Source of the DNA: a virus | Taxonomy: Duplodnaviria > Heunggongvirae > Uroviricota > Caudoviricetes | Length of the DNA: 64,000 bases | Virus record (IMG/VR): IMGVR_UViG_2778261559_000013 | Direction: 5' to 3' (one strand) | Shown here: in pieces, positions 30,775 to 40,985 of the stretch | How positions within the stretch are numbered: position 1 is the stretch's first letter | How the letters are laid out: each line of letters starts with the position of its first letter | The notes under the pieces: generated by a model | Seen by the model: the letters and a program-made list of their open reading frames with translations, nothing else | Database searches by the model: none | Told to the model about the DNA's origin: nothing | Position numbers and translations under genes: made by a program

Positions 30775-32259
30775 TTACTCATTAAGCCATGCCAGAGCTT
30801 CATCAACCTGCGCTTCGTCTTCGACGCTAAGCACTTCATCTTGGGGAACATAGTTCGCCAACATAGCGAAACAATATGTATCCCAATGGTCCGGTGAGTG
30901 CAGGTTGAGTTTTTTCTTCATATCTTCCTTTGACATCACCTTCCATTGACCTGCGGAATTTATCCCGACCGGTATCTTTGATGCTTCCTCTATAGTCGCA
31001 GCCCCCTTATCAAGCCGCATACGCCCTGATTTTACAGCTTCTGCCGCCTGAATATTCGCGAAAGCGCGCATATCGAAATAAAGGCTTTTATCTTCACGGC
31101 TGTGCATCTTTTTACCCCAGCGGATACGCTGGACGGTAATACCATAGCGTTCGTACATCAGATCAGCCGTCGATTTCCCCAAGCCATCGCCATCAATAGC
31201 TATGGTTATGTTCGGGAACCGTTCTGGGTTACATTCTGCGAAAATCTTGGCGGCTAACTGCGTTTCTGTAACGTCTGTGTATTCCAGCATACGATAGTTG
31301 ATTACACGGCGTTTATTTCGCTGGCCGGACACCATCATGATATTAATAACGGACTTATCTCGTCCTGTGCCACCAGCAACGTCAACACATGCAACCCAGC
31401 CCCATCCTTTGGCAATCTTGACCTTTCGCCGCGTCGCCCGCTCAACCTCATCACGACCAAGAAGAAAGCCATCTTGCGATTTGGGAAATTCACCACGTAC
31501 TTTGATCATGTACATGGGGTTATCACGACCGCCATACTCCGCAAGTTTTGCTCGTATAAATTTTGCATCTACAAGCGGAGATTCTTCACTATTCAGTATT
31601 ATCGCAGTAAACAATCCATCAGGATTTCCCGGGCGAATAGCTAGTCTGTGGTGTGAATCGTAGAAATAGCCTGAAGGTCGCGTAGGCTGGGAAAGAAGCA
31701 GAATACGGTTATCCTTACCGGTCAGCGCACCTGTTATCACACTGAATGCTTTATCACTCACACCCGACGCTTCGTCGATGATATACAAGAGATGATCGGC
31801 GTGTTCACCAGCCAACGCCTCCTCATTTCCGGGGCGACAGGACTTTATCAATATTGTCCAAACACCCTTGCCAGTCACCTCAAAAAAAGACGTTTCTGTA
31901 AGAATGAAATACTTCGACAACCACGGGAATCTGCTAACAGCAGTAGCCCAATTGCTCTTTATGTATTTGAAAATACCATCAAGGACTTGCTGTCTTTTGT
32001 TAGCGACCAGAATGACGCGAGCGCCGGGGAAAAACATGATGAAGAGTATTGCAATAATACTCGTCATATCCGACTTACCAGTACCATGGCCGGAGGTCAC
32101 ACTTGTCCAACTGCCGTCCTGCTGCGTGGACTCAATGATCTCATCCTGCTGCCAGGTTGGTGTCTTCCCAAACAACACATCAGCGGCCGCAATCCAGTCA
32201 TAACGATATAGCGCCACCAGCTCGCGCCAACGTGGGTCCGTTACGCAACTTCTGGCCAT
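30775..32259 (-). CDS. pacB: terminase large subunit PacB, 494 aa
   Basis: Walker A SGHGTGKS and Walker [11 protein letters not shown]; size and position downstream of pacA. Confidence 0.88.
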
Positions 32260-33452
32260 TAATCATCATCCCCGTACAGTTTGCGGGTAACTTCTTCGTC
32301 TTCCTCCTCGTCTTCGTCCAGATCCTGTTCAAGCCATGCTTCGTTTGATATGCCTTCCGCATCGACATCACCATAACCGCCTGTATCGACGATATCGGCA
32401 ATTTCTTCTCTACGATGCTCAATCCACAATGCGGCATCAGCGCGGCGGCTGGCGGCCCGTTCTCGCGCGATTTTATCCAGATCTTCAAGTGATGGAGCGC
32501 CAGATGCTGTTTGGTTTTCCTCGTCATCGGTATTGGTCTTAGGAGCACGCAGATCGGCTTTGATTTGCTCCAGCATCAGGGGCGGCACTTTTCCTCCATG
32601 CGCCTCGATGAATTCAGCCGCTTCCAGCACTGACCAGTTATTTTCACGCTTTCGTTCGTATGCCAGCTTAACAATGCCAGCTTGCCCCATAGACAAAGCG
32701 TGCTTTTCCGCCTCCCGGCTTTCTTTTCGATAGTTATTCCGGATGCTGTAAATGGTGTTGATCAGGCTGCTTATCTGCGCGGAACAGCTGTTTAGCATGC
32801 TCGCGATACGGTATTCAGGCGGAGTACCTTCATCATCGTCTTTTTGCTGATCGCGCATTTCCTGCACCAGGCGAATACACGTATCCCTGGCGTTCTCCAG
32901 CATAAGGAGATGAGAAAGAGACTTTTCAAGAAGAGTGGTTTCCAGAACATCGGCCCCGGACCGACGCAACATAGCGCGCGCGGCCTTCCGCGCTTCAACG
33001 TTATCTATCAGGTAATCGCCAGCTTCGAATTCAAAGCGTTCACCATCATCATCCAGGGTGTCGCGTTCCAGGCGATCACGTAAGGTCCGGTGGGCGCGGG
33101 TGATCACGTCATGATCATCTGAACGATCATTTATGCGCTTATTTTGGCGCTTCGCATTCTCGACTGCGGCACTGACAACGGCATTAACTCTTTGTTTTTC
33201 CGCTATTTCAGCCGCAATATGATCACCTGCATGTTGATCATTAGAGTGATCAATGATCATGCTTTTTAGTGGCTTCCTGACTGGCTTATTTGGCTTGCGG
33301 CTGTCCGCAGTCCTGGTGTCTTCTTTGAAGGCACGGAGATAACGACGTGCGGTATTAGGGTTAAGATTAAACTCGGCGGCATACTGTGCGATGGTGTAAC
33401 CACCATCTCGCGCCAGGCGAGCAAAATTCTTCTTGTGATCGTCCCAGGTCAC
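32259..33452 (-). CDS. pacA: terminase small / pac-recognition subunit PacA, 397 aa
   Basis: GTG start after AAGGAAG; contains the GATC-hexamer pac site in its 5' part; size matches P1 PacA. Confidence 0.8.
33073..33259. other. pac packaging site: two clusters of four (T/C)GATCA hexamers separated by ~90 bp
   Basis: Hexamers at about 33073, 33101, 33112, 33124 and 33220, 33235, 33247, 33254, each containing a Dam GATC site, inside the pacA 5' coding region. Confidence 0.6.
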
Positions 33453-33519
33453 TTATGCTTCCTTTCGTAAAAACTCTTTTTGACGCGAGGGTAACGAAAG
33501 TCACATGTCAAAAGGCCCG

Positions 33520-34875
33520 GAACGGGCAAGCAATCAGCAAACAACCGCCGAGAACCCTCGCCCAATGCGGGCGGGGAGGAAAGGCGGGAAAGCCCACAGG
33601 GCTTTAAAAAAAAATCATTACGGTGTTAGCATAAAAACCTGTATCAATGAGCGGTGACTATGTTAAGAGCGACAAAAGTACGCATCTATCCAACCACTAA
33701 ACAGGCTGAGTATCTCAACGCCCAGTTCGGCGCCGTGCGTTTTGCGTACAACAAAGCTCTTCACATCAAAAAACACGCTTACCAGCGACACGGAGTGAAT
33801 TTAAGTCCGCGTAAAGATTTAAAACCGTTGTTGTCTGTGGCGAAGAAGTCCCGTAAGTATGCCTGGCTTAAAGAATTTGATTCAATGGCATTGCAACAGG
33901 CGGTGATTAATCTTGATGTGGCGTTTTCCAACTTTTTTAATCCGAAGCTGAAAGCCCGGTTCCCGACGTTTAAACGTAAACATGGGAAACAATCGAGCTA
34001 CCATTGTGTCGGGATTAAAGTACTGGAGAATGCCATCAAAATTCCTAAGCTGGCACCGATAGAAGCGCGTATACACCGTGTAATGACGGGAAAAGTGACG
34101 AGCATAACAATCACTCGCAGTGCCACCGGGAAATACTACGCATCCATCCTTTGTGAAGACGGTATTCCCACACCAGCGAAACCTGCGTATCTGGAGGAAG
34201 AAAAGATTACTGGTGTGGATATGGGACTTGAGCACTATGCCATCAGGTCTGACCGGGCAAAAATTGCGAATCCCCGCCATCTCATCAATGCCAGCCGTAA
34301 TCTGCGACGCAAACAAAAAGCGCTATCCCGCAAGCAAAAGGGAAGCGCGAATCGTAAAAAGGCCAGAATCCGTCTTGCGGCCATACACGAACGGGTAGCG
34401 AATGCCCGTGCTGATTTTCAACATAAACTTTCTCGTACAATTGTTGACGAAAACCAAGCGGTAATTGTCGAGACGCTGAAAACAGCCAACATGATGAAAA
34501 ACCACAATCTGGCAAGAGCAATAGGTGATGCAGGCTGGCATAGCTTCATCACAAAGCTGGAGTACAAGGCAGCGGAAAAAGGCGTTCACCTGGTAAAACT
34601 CGACCAGTGGTTTGCCAGTTCGAAAACGTGCCATTGTTGTGGTTACAAAATGCCGGAAATGCCGCTTCATAAACGCATCTGGCGATGCCCTGAATGTGAA
34701 GCAGAGCATGACCGCGATATCAATGCGGCACTCAACATCCGGCAAAAAGGGATACTGGAACTAAAGGCGGCGGGACTCGTCGTCTCTGCCCATGGAGGCC
34801 AGCGTAAATCCGTCGTACAGACGGTTGCGGCCTGAGATGTGGGAAGCCTCGCCCAACCGGGCGGGGAGCAGTCAC
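33520..34875 (+). mobile_element. IS200/IS605-family insertion sequence carrying tnpB only
   Basis: TnpB ORF flanked by related subterminal hairpins: left cctcgcccaatgcgggcgggga (~33556-33578), right cctcgcccaaccgggcgggga (~34847-34868). Ends are approximate. Confidence 0.6.
33654..34835 (+). CDS. tnpB: TnpB (OrfB) RuvC-like RNA-guided endonuclease, 393 aa
   Basis: OrfB N-terminus MLRATKVRIYPTTKQAEYLNAQFGAVRFAYNKAL; C-terminal zinc finger CHCCGYKMPEMPLHKRIWRCPECEAEHDRDINAALNI. Confidence 0.85.
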   Translation: MTMLRATKVRIYPTTKQAEYLNAQFGAVRFAYNKALHIKKHAYQRHGVNLSPRKDLKPLLSVAKKSRKYAWLKEFDSMALQQAVINLDVAFSNFFNPKLKARFPTFKRKHGKQSSYHCVGIKVLENAIKIPKLAPIEARIHRVMTGKVTSITITRSATGKYYASILCEDGIPTPAKPAYLEEEKITGVDMGLEHYAIRSDRAKIANPRHLINASRNLRRKQKALSRKQKGSANRKKARIRLAAIHERVANARADFQHKLSRTIVDENQAVIVETLKTANMMKNHNLARAIGDAGWHSFITKLEYKAAEKGVHLVKLDQWFASSKTCHCCGYKMPEMPLHKRIWRCPECEAEHDRDINAALNIRQKGILELKAAGLVVSAHGGQRKSVVQTVAA

Positions 34876-35324
34876 ATACGTGCGGATGTGGCATTACCGT
34901 AATGACGGTGCTGACGGGCCACCTTATTGAAAAGTTGACGCGCCATTACCCAAGGCTGGTGCTCCCGGCGTTCCTTTTCGTCCTGCGTCATATAGAGTTC
35001 GTTCTGGAGTTTTTCATCAAACCGGCGCGGAGCGCGGCTACGGCGAAAGAATTCAGGATTCAGAGAGTGGATCTGAAATCTACGTGGGCGTGTACTGTCA
35101 TCAATCAAAACAGACGAATACTTAGACACAGCAATAGCCTTTAAGCGCAGATAAACATCGCGCTTATCGACATCCAGATGCGGGTATTCCTTTTCAAGAA
35201 TTGCTGCGAGTTCTTTCGCTGATAGAAGAGATTTAGTGCGGATCATGTAATCCGCAATCTCGTACGATGTTATTCGTGAGTGATTTATTTCCATGAAGTG
35301 GCGTCCCTGCCAGTTAAGTAACAT
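34872..35324 (-). CDS. Lpa-like late promoter activator (by position upstream of pacA and downstream of a C1 operator), 150 aa
   Basis: Synteny only; the stop codon directly abuts the IS right-end hairpin. An alternative start is the internal MEINH at 35294. Confidence 0.45.
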   Translation of the reverse strand: MLLNWQGRHFMEINHSRITSYEIADYMIRTKSLLSAKELAAILEKEYPHLDVDKRDVYLRLKAIAVSKYSSVLIDDSTRPRRFQIHSLNPEFFRRSRAPRRFDEKLQNELYMTQDEKERREHQPWVMARQLFNKVARQHRHYGNATSARM

Positions 35325-35394
35325 CCTGTCACCTACTGATTAGCCCATGTCAACTAATCAACGTGGAATATAATACCCTCGATTAAAGAAATAG

Positions 35395-35411
35395 CAATAC
35401 ATTAGAGCAAT
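35395..35411 (-). promoter_or_regulatory. C1 operator (ATTGCTCTAATGTATTG) upstream of the lpa-like gene
   Basis: Operator core match; lpa is C1-controlled in P1. Confidence 0.5.
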
Positions 35412-35412
35412 T

Positions 35413-36456
35413 TTATCTAACACTCGACGAGTGACTTGTGATAGCGCCGACTCCAAGCGCGTAATCAAAGAACAATCGTTGATGCATCGCCAGCCTACCG
35501 TGCGTCTTCTCCCAATTATCGCGGTCACGCTCAATATCACGCTGGCATGACTGGCACAGAGGAATTGCGTAAATGTCATGCGCGCATAATCGACTATGAC
35601 GAACGATATAAGGCGTAATGTGAGCGCCAGCTCCCGCAGCTCCACACCCACAGCATGGACGGGAAGCAACAAAGTCCATGTACTCAGGTAATTTTAGCGA
35701 TTGCAGTTTTGGTATTTTGAAATGCGCCATGCCAGGGTCGGAGTCAACATCCACAGGGCATACTTTTGCACGCATCGGCGCGGCGCGTTCTTCCATCATC
35801 TGAACATATGCTGTAGCGCGATCGTCATACGGGCGAATATCCGCCTCTTTCATAGGTCCGCTATCCTGCGTTGCAGCCTTAATCTTATTTATTGATATAC
35901 GGCAGACTTCTTCCGGCATCAGGTGCATCATGTCGCGCATGAAAGCCCACCAGCACAGTTCCTGAATACTTAAATCATGGCCATCTGAAAGCCCCATTTC
36001 CTGACGGGCGACATCCAGTATCCAGTTAACGCGATTATTATGCAGCGTTTCTTTCAGCTCATTAAAACTACGCATCCGGTAATGGTTATCGTGATGCCAG
36101 CACAACAACACCGCGCTATTGTCTCGTTCTGCGTGGACAATATGGTTGTCACACCAGCTACGATCTGCGGCCTGGCATTTCCCCTCTTTCCTGCGCAACC
36201 ACGCCACCAGCGCGTCAATTCCACCAATACGGCGAAACAGTTCATCGCTGTTAAAAAACGGCTGCAACGCCTCATTTGTTGCCATAGTTTGCTCGGAAAC
36301 AACGAGGCCGTCGTCCATGTGCTCGATTAACTCACGCGGCACCGGCTCCATAATAAATTTACGGCCAGCCTCCACCAGCTTTCTGACTTCCTGATCCACT
36401 TTGAATGTGGCGACGCCAAGCTCTTTTTGTACAAAGGGAGTAATTACGGCTTTCAC
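35413..36456 (-). CDS. hypothetical protein with C-terminal Cys/His cluster, 347 aa
   Basis: ...[43 protein letters not shown] suggests a zinc-binding, possibly HNH-like, module. Confidence 0.5.
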   Translation of the reverse strand: MKAVITPFVQKELGVATFKVDQEVRKLVEAGRKFIMEPVPRELIEHMDDGLVVSEQTMATNEALQPFFNSDELFRRIGGIDALVAWLRRKEGKCQAADRSWCDNHIVHAERDNSAVLLCWHHDNHYRMRSFNELKETLHNNRVNWILDVARQEMGLSDGHDLSIQELCWWAFMRDMMHLMPEEVCRISINKIKAATQDSGPMKEADIRPYDDRATAYVQMMEERAAPMRAKVCPVDVDSDPGMAHFKIPKLQSLKLPEYMDFVASRPCCGCGAAGAGAHITPYIVRHSRLCAHDIYAIPLCQSCQRDIERDRDNWEKTHGRLAMHQRLFFDYALGVGAITSHSSSVR

Positions 36457-36483
36457 ATCACACCTTTCATCACTGATTGGGCT

Positions 36484-36684
36484 TTATCTGCTGCCCGGCA
36501 TTCTCTGTTTAAGCACAACCATTTCCTGACGGCATAACACAGCAATAGCAGTCCTGGCTCCAATTTGCTTACCAACCAGGTATTGCTTTACCTCGCGGCG
36601 ACTCACGCCATCAAGAAGCATCTTTAACGCTTCACGGGACAATTTGTTGTATTTGCGTGCCATTAATCTACTCCGCAGAACCAT
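36484..36684 (-). CDS. small basic protein, 66 aa, immediately downstream of doc
   Basis: ORF only. Confidence 0.3.
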
Positions 36685-37048
36685 ACAATCTACGTAACGT
36701 GTCGGCGACAGAAGATACAGATATCTCGCCAGTCGCAGCCCCTACAGTAAGGTCTGCCAGTTCAGGTGAATCAAATACCTGCACCCCGTTACGGCGTAGA
36801 AATAGCAGCGCGCTGTTTAGCGCGGTACGCTTATTGGCATCATTGAATATATGCCCTCTCGCTGTAGCCACTAGGTAGGTGGCGGAGACTTCGAAAAGGT
36901 CGGTGATCTCTTCGTAGGCAACTCTGGCCTGAACTCTCCCGATAATGGCTTCTGCCCTGCCCGGATCTGACATGCCCGGCAGGCCGCCGTAGCGGCTTAT
37001 ATTCGCATCATGAAGCGCAATAAGTTCTTCCGGTGATATATGCCTCAT
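36668..37048 (-). CDS. doc: Doc toxin (Fic-fold kinase), 126 aa
   Basis: [40 protein letters not shown]...[23 protein letters not shown] contains the Fic-type HxFx(D/N)xNKR motif; matches P1 Doc. Confidence 0.95.
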
Positions 37049-37269
37049 TATCGGTTAACCAGTTCCTTGTTAGTGGAGTCCAGAGTGTCAAACAGGGATG
37101 CAAATTCGGCATCCAGCGCCGCTTTTTTATAGGCTTCGAAAGTGGCCTTGCTGACAATTACGGCTGATTCACGGCCTCTGCGGGTGATTTCAACCTCTTC
37201 CCCTGCTTCGACATTATTGAGCACTTCGCTAAGGTTGCCGCGTGCGGTACGGAAGTTAATGGATTGCAT
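37048..37269 (-). CDS. phd: Phd antitoxin, 73 aa
   Basis: [73 protein letters not shown]; overlaps the doc start. Confidence 0.95.
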
Positions 37270-37278
37270 AAACACCTC

Positions 37279-37300
37279 GTGTACTCGTTATGTGTACACA
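37279..37300. promoter_or_regulatory. phd-doc promoter/operator palindromes (GTGTAC ... TGTGTACACA)
   Basis: Palindromic GTGTACAC elements 10-30 bp upstream of the phd start. Confidence 0.5.
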
Positions 37301-37413
37301 ATTATAAACTTCACAAGCATAAAGCACCAGCACTTTGCAGCTTAAATCACCGGACAATCGTCAAACTCCCCACTTCGGGCATCATTGATGAAATGATGTG
37401 GTCACACCAAACT

Positions 37414-37878
37414 TTAATCTTCAAGGTCTGCTTCTGATACCACTGTATAACCCAGAAATATTTTAATCTCATCCCACAATCCCATGATCTTGCCTTCATA
37501 CTCTGATGGTTCTCTTACAATTACTGAATCTGGGGGAGAGTGAGCCTCTAATTCGGTTATGATCTCATGGCAAAGATTATGTTTGTAATATTGTTTTAGT
37601 TGCTCTCGAATAGGTTTTGGCGCACTTTCAATAGTTTCTTTTGCGGCATTTAGTGAAAGAATTATATTACTTGCGTCATTAACATCCCAGTCTGATCCAG
37701 CTTTTCCTGTTGCTATTTTATTTGCCCTATCAGCAAAGTTTATCAATGCTTCACTATAAAATTTTTCCTTATCGAATAATCCAAGCTTTTTACTTGTGCG
37801 CAAACTAATAAAAGCAGCTATTGCTGACCCAAATGCCGCAATAGCTGATGCCCAATCGGGATTGATATGAAGAAACAT
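37414..37878 (-). CDS. hypothetical membrane-anchored protein, 154 aa (low-GC cargo next to phd-doc)
   Basis: N-terminal TM helix (WASAIAAFGSAIAAFISL); AT-rich; no recognisable motif. It sits where I would expect a UmuD-like gene in P1 but is not UmuD-like. Confidence 0.5.
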   Translation of the reverse strand: MFLHINPDWASAIAAFGSAIAAFISLRTSKKLGLFDKEKFYSEALINFADRANKIATGKAGSDWDVNDASNIILSLNAAKETIESAPKPIREQLKQYYKHNLCHEIITELEAHSPPDSVIVREPSEYEGKIMGLWDEIKIFLGYTVVSEADLED

Positions 37879-38085
37879 GCTATCTCTACCTAATGCCAGA
37901 TCTTTAACCTAGAAATATTGTATCAGTAGTTATGGCTTTGCCACCAGTAATGCGATTTTTTCCTAGTTGTCATTGCCCCCTACCAGCGGCAATAAAGCCC
38001 TGGCCATCTTATGAACCAATAGTGCATCAATAATGCCAAGCGTATGCCCCGGGTTAATGTTTAATGCCGCCTCAAGGTGACACCT

Positions 38086-38568
38086 TTACAGGCCACTTTT
38101 CTCGGCTTGTTTATGATGATCTGGCGTAATAACGTCGCCCAAAACACGGCTAATTCTTTCTCGTAATTGCTGGGTGCCAGCACACTTGATAGCTGTATCG
38201 TGGAGACGGTTAACCAGTTCGCGGTAAACATGCGGCTTAATTCGTATACGTTCGCCGGGGACGCCATTTCCTGGCGCTTGCTCCGAACTATCCGGATAGT
38301 TGCCAGCCTCGTAAGCTACCCGCAACCAGTGCATGAATGTTTCAGTGGACACACAACCACAGTCCACATCGATTTTTCCGCGTTGCTGTTCCAGCCACTG
38401 CTCAAAATTCAATCTACATGTATTACTTTCATGTTGCTCTTTTTGTCTCAAGGCCAGCATCTGCTGGGCTATTTCCAATACTTTATCTGCCGTATATCCA
38501 GCACCGTGACCATACATTTCAATACGGGCGATAATCTCCGATATGCGTTCTTCAGTGATTCTGGTCAT
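38086..38568 (-). CDS. hypothetical phage protein, 160 aa
   Basis: ORF with coding-like composition in a co-directional gene block. Confidence 0.5.
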   Translation of the reverse strand: MTRITEERISEIIARIEMYGHGAGYTADKVLEIAQQMLALRQKEQHESNTCRLNFEQWLEQQRGKIDVDCGCVSTETFMHWLRVAYEAGNYPDSSEQAPGNGVPGERIRIKPHVYRELVNRLHDTAIKCAGTQQLRERISRVLGDVITPDHHKQAEKSGL

Positions 38569-38924
38569 TTCTTTTCACATTCCTTAGTCCATTTTTCAAT
38601 GTTTATTTTGGCAATATCAGTCATTCCATCACCTAAGAAATACTTTTTCCGGTATGCCTTGCACTTAAACCACACTACAACAGCCACCAGCCAAAAAATA
38701 AAAGGCCATACAGCAACACCAACGACAGCCGCGATAAAGCCCAATAGCCATAAATGAAGCTCTCCAACTTCTGTTTGCGGCAATATTCTTAAAGAATTAA
38801 ACAGCAGGCTGAACGAATGGTCGTATGCATTGGCGGTATAAGACATGCAATCCATATAATTAAAGTTATAGCCTGCGGCTGCCGCCCATAATGGGCGGTC
38901 AAGAAAATGTTTGAATGTCATCAT
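38565..38924 (-). CDS. hypothetical membrane protein, 119 aa
   Basis: Two hydrophobic segments; stop overlaps the downstream gene start. Confidence 0.45.
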   Translation of the reverse strand: MMTFKHFLDRPLWAAAAGYNFNYMDCMSYTANAYDHSFSLLFNSLRILPQTEVGELHLWLLGFIAAVVGVAVWPFIFWLVAVVVWFKCKAYRKKYFLGDGMTDIAKINIEKWTKECEKK

Positions 38925-38930
38925 ATGAAT

Positions 38931-39311
38931 TTAAGGTTCAGACCAGTTATCTTCAATAGCAATGCTTAATCTTTGTAGCCATTCTGCTAATTTCAGCATT
39001 GCTTCTCTTTCGCTTAAACCACGAGGAAAATCATCAAGCGAAATTGTTGGCTTGAAGCCACCGTAATTATCCATTTCAACGGTCAGATTTTGCTCCAGCA
39101 CGGTATTCCTTACGCGGCTATTGTGTCGGAGCAAATATACTGAGCGTGATTTATTGGTTTTGTGGTCGAAATGATATTCGGTAAGTATCATCTGGCTTCT
39201 GCCATGACTATTACCTCTCCACATACTTACCTCACTTAATAAAACAACTCCATACGTAGTTGATGATTTTTCCCCACGTAATATAAATATGCACTCCAGC
39301 AGAAAAACCAA
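38931..39311 (-). CDS. hypothetical protein, 126 aa
   Basis: ORF in the co-directional block. Confidence 0.4.
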   Translation of the reverse strand: MVFLLECIFILRGEKSSTTYGVVLLSEVSMWRGNSHGRSQMILTEYHFDHKTNKSRSVYLLRHNSRVRNTVLEQNLTVEMDNYGGFKPTISLDDFPRGLSEREAMLKLAEWLQRLSIAIEDNWSEP

Positions 39312-39402
39312 AACCTACAATTACTGAAAAAATCAAAACATTTACTTTTGACATTATAAAATTTCTCTCGTTGTCGTAGGTGATAGCACCATAATTGATA
39401 AT

Positions 39403-39654
39403 TTAGTGAGTTAGCAGTTCCATTTTTTGGATGATTTCCGCATGAGCATCATCGTTGTCAACACTTAGCTCATTTAATGCTTCTCGCACTACATCAACTT
39501 CTTCTGGTTGGAAGAAATCATCTCGGTAGTCACCAAATAGAACCGAAACAAGCCTGCCACCAGCAACATCAAGATTGGCGCTAACAGGTGGCTCTTTACC
39601 ATCCTCAAATTCAACAACAAAAGTTAATTTTCCCATCGTTACCACCAGCGACAA
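39403..39654 (-). CDS. hypothetical protein, 83 aa
   Basis: ORF in the co-directional block. Confidence 0.35.
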   Translation of the reverse strand: MSLVVTMGKLTFVVEFEDGKEPPVSANLDVAGGRLVSVLFGDYRDDFFQPEEVDVVREALNELSVDNDDAHAEIIQKMELLTH

Positions 39655-39718
39655 ATTGAATACAAACCCAGTGCTGCCGCCATCACAATTCCTACCGTTG
39701 CGAATGCTTCAGGCCAGT

Positions 39719-40294
39719 TCATTGACCTGCCTCCTGGGGAGGTTCTGGTAGCAGCATCCAGAACAAGGCGTTCCCTAACCACGATAAAGTGCCGTCGTTC
39801 AACTCCACGTATTCCCCTTGTACCTGTCCTGCCATATACTCGCCGTGCTTTGAATAAATTAAAACCCAATCGTCTTGAGCGGGAATCCGCTCACTACAGC
39901 TTATCCAACCATCCGGAGTTACCGGATAGTTGCCATTCACAAGGTCAGCTCGAACATATAGCGTGTCATCATGGTGCTGATTGTGGCTGCACCACGTTAA
40001 TTCGCTTAACTCGCCATCTTCTGGCCATACTCCAGCCGTTTGCAGCCAGATATGGGCTGGCGCATCTTGGCAAGGTGTATTAACTGGCAACTTGTAAGTT
40101 TGGCTTACAGGTTCTGCACTATCAGCTTCGCGCCGCTTCTGTAGCTCTACTGCTATTGCTCTCACGACTTCAACTGGTGCCCTTGCAGCAAACTCTATGT
40201 TGGTGATCAGCTCATTAAGATATTGCTCGCTGGGATACTGTTTTTTATTGGTAATAGTGGTCATATCACTCTCCTTTGATGCGAATGCCAGCAA
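39719..40294 (-). CDS. hypothetical phage protein, 191 aa (W-rich C-terminus, DUF551-like)
   Basis: C-terminal ...WISCSERIPAQDDWVLIYSKHGEYMAGQ...LSWLGNALFWMLLPEPP pattern common in lambdoid prophage proteins. Confidence 0.45.
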   Translation of the reverse strand: MLAFASKESDMTTITNKKQYPSEQYLNELITNIEFAARAPVEVVRAIAVELQKRREADSAEPVSQTYKLPVNTPCQDAPAHIWLQTAGVWPEDGELSELTWCSHNQHHDDTLYVRADLVNGNYPVTPDGWISCSERIPAQDDWVLIYSKHGEYMAGQVQGEYVELNDGTLSWLGNALFWMLLPEPPQEAGQ

Positions 40295-40985
40295 GCCAGT
40301 TTCTTATGCCGATATATTCAGCGTTCCTGAAACCGCTTTTTACATATATAAATGGCAAGCGAAGATTGTGACCATTGGCTGCCAGGTAGTCTTTACAACC
40401 CTGTTCGGTGAAACAGCAGGTAACGAATTCATCAATATCTTTCACAGCAACGCGCCGCCATTTTTCTGGTGGCTCTCGAAAGTTTTCGTGAAGTAGTTTG
40501 AGACGACGACTTTGGCGTTTATTGGCTTCATTGCCATCTTCATCAACCCAGACAATCCGGTCATAGTCATAATCAGAATCAACAACGATTTCGCGCTTTT
40601 GATACACACAAAACATAGGTTCTGACGTTATTCGATTATCCTGTGTTCGAATATTTTCACCGATGATGCCAAATGAATCTGGTGCAGATTTTGTCTTCAA
40701 CTCTGCTATGCCCGCGATTACTCCCTCGTAATACTCACGCTGCTCGTTGAGTTTTGATTTTGTCTCCTCAAGCTCAACACGCAGTTTCCCCACCGTTAGC
40801 GCAATTTCCTCGTTCTCCTGGTCGCGGCGTTTGATGTATTGCTGGTTTCTTTCCCGTTCATCCAGCAGTTCCAGCACAATCGATGGTGTTACCAGCTCAT
40901 GGAAAAGGTCCGCGTCAAATCCCCAGTCGTCATGCATTGCCTGCTCTGCCGCCCCACGCAGTGCCTGATAGTCAATCTTGCCCAC
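40266..40985 (-). CDS. hypothetical phage protein with coiled coil, 239 aa
   Basis: ORF in the co-directional block. Confidence 0.45.
   Translation of the reverse strand: MGKIDYQALRGAAEQAMHDDWGFDADLFHELVTPSIVLELLDERERNQQYIKRRDQENEEIALTVGKLRVELEETKSKLNEQREYYEGVIAGIAELKTKSAPDSFGIIGENIRTQDNRITSEPMFCVYQKREIVVDSDYDYDRIVWVDEDGNEANKRQSRRLKLLHENFREPPEKWRRVAVKDIDEFVTCCFTEQGCKDYLAANGHNLRLPFIYVKSGFRNAEYIGIRNWLAGIRIKGE

Noticed and set aside
39639-39869. 76-aa minus-strand ORF
   Set aside because: Overlaps the 3' end of the more convincing 191-aa gene by ~150 bp in another frame; Arg/Gly-rich composition suggests an out-of-frame artefact.
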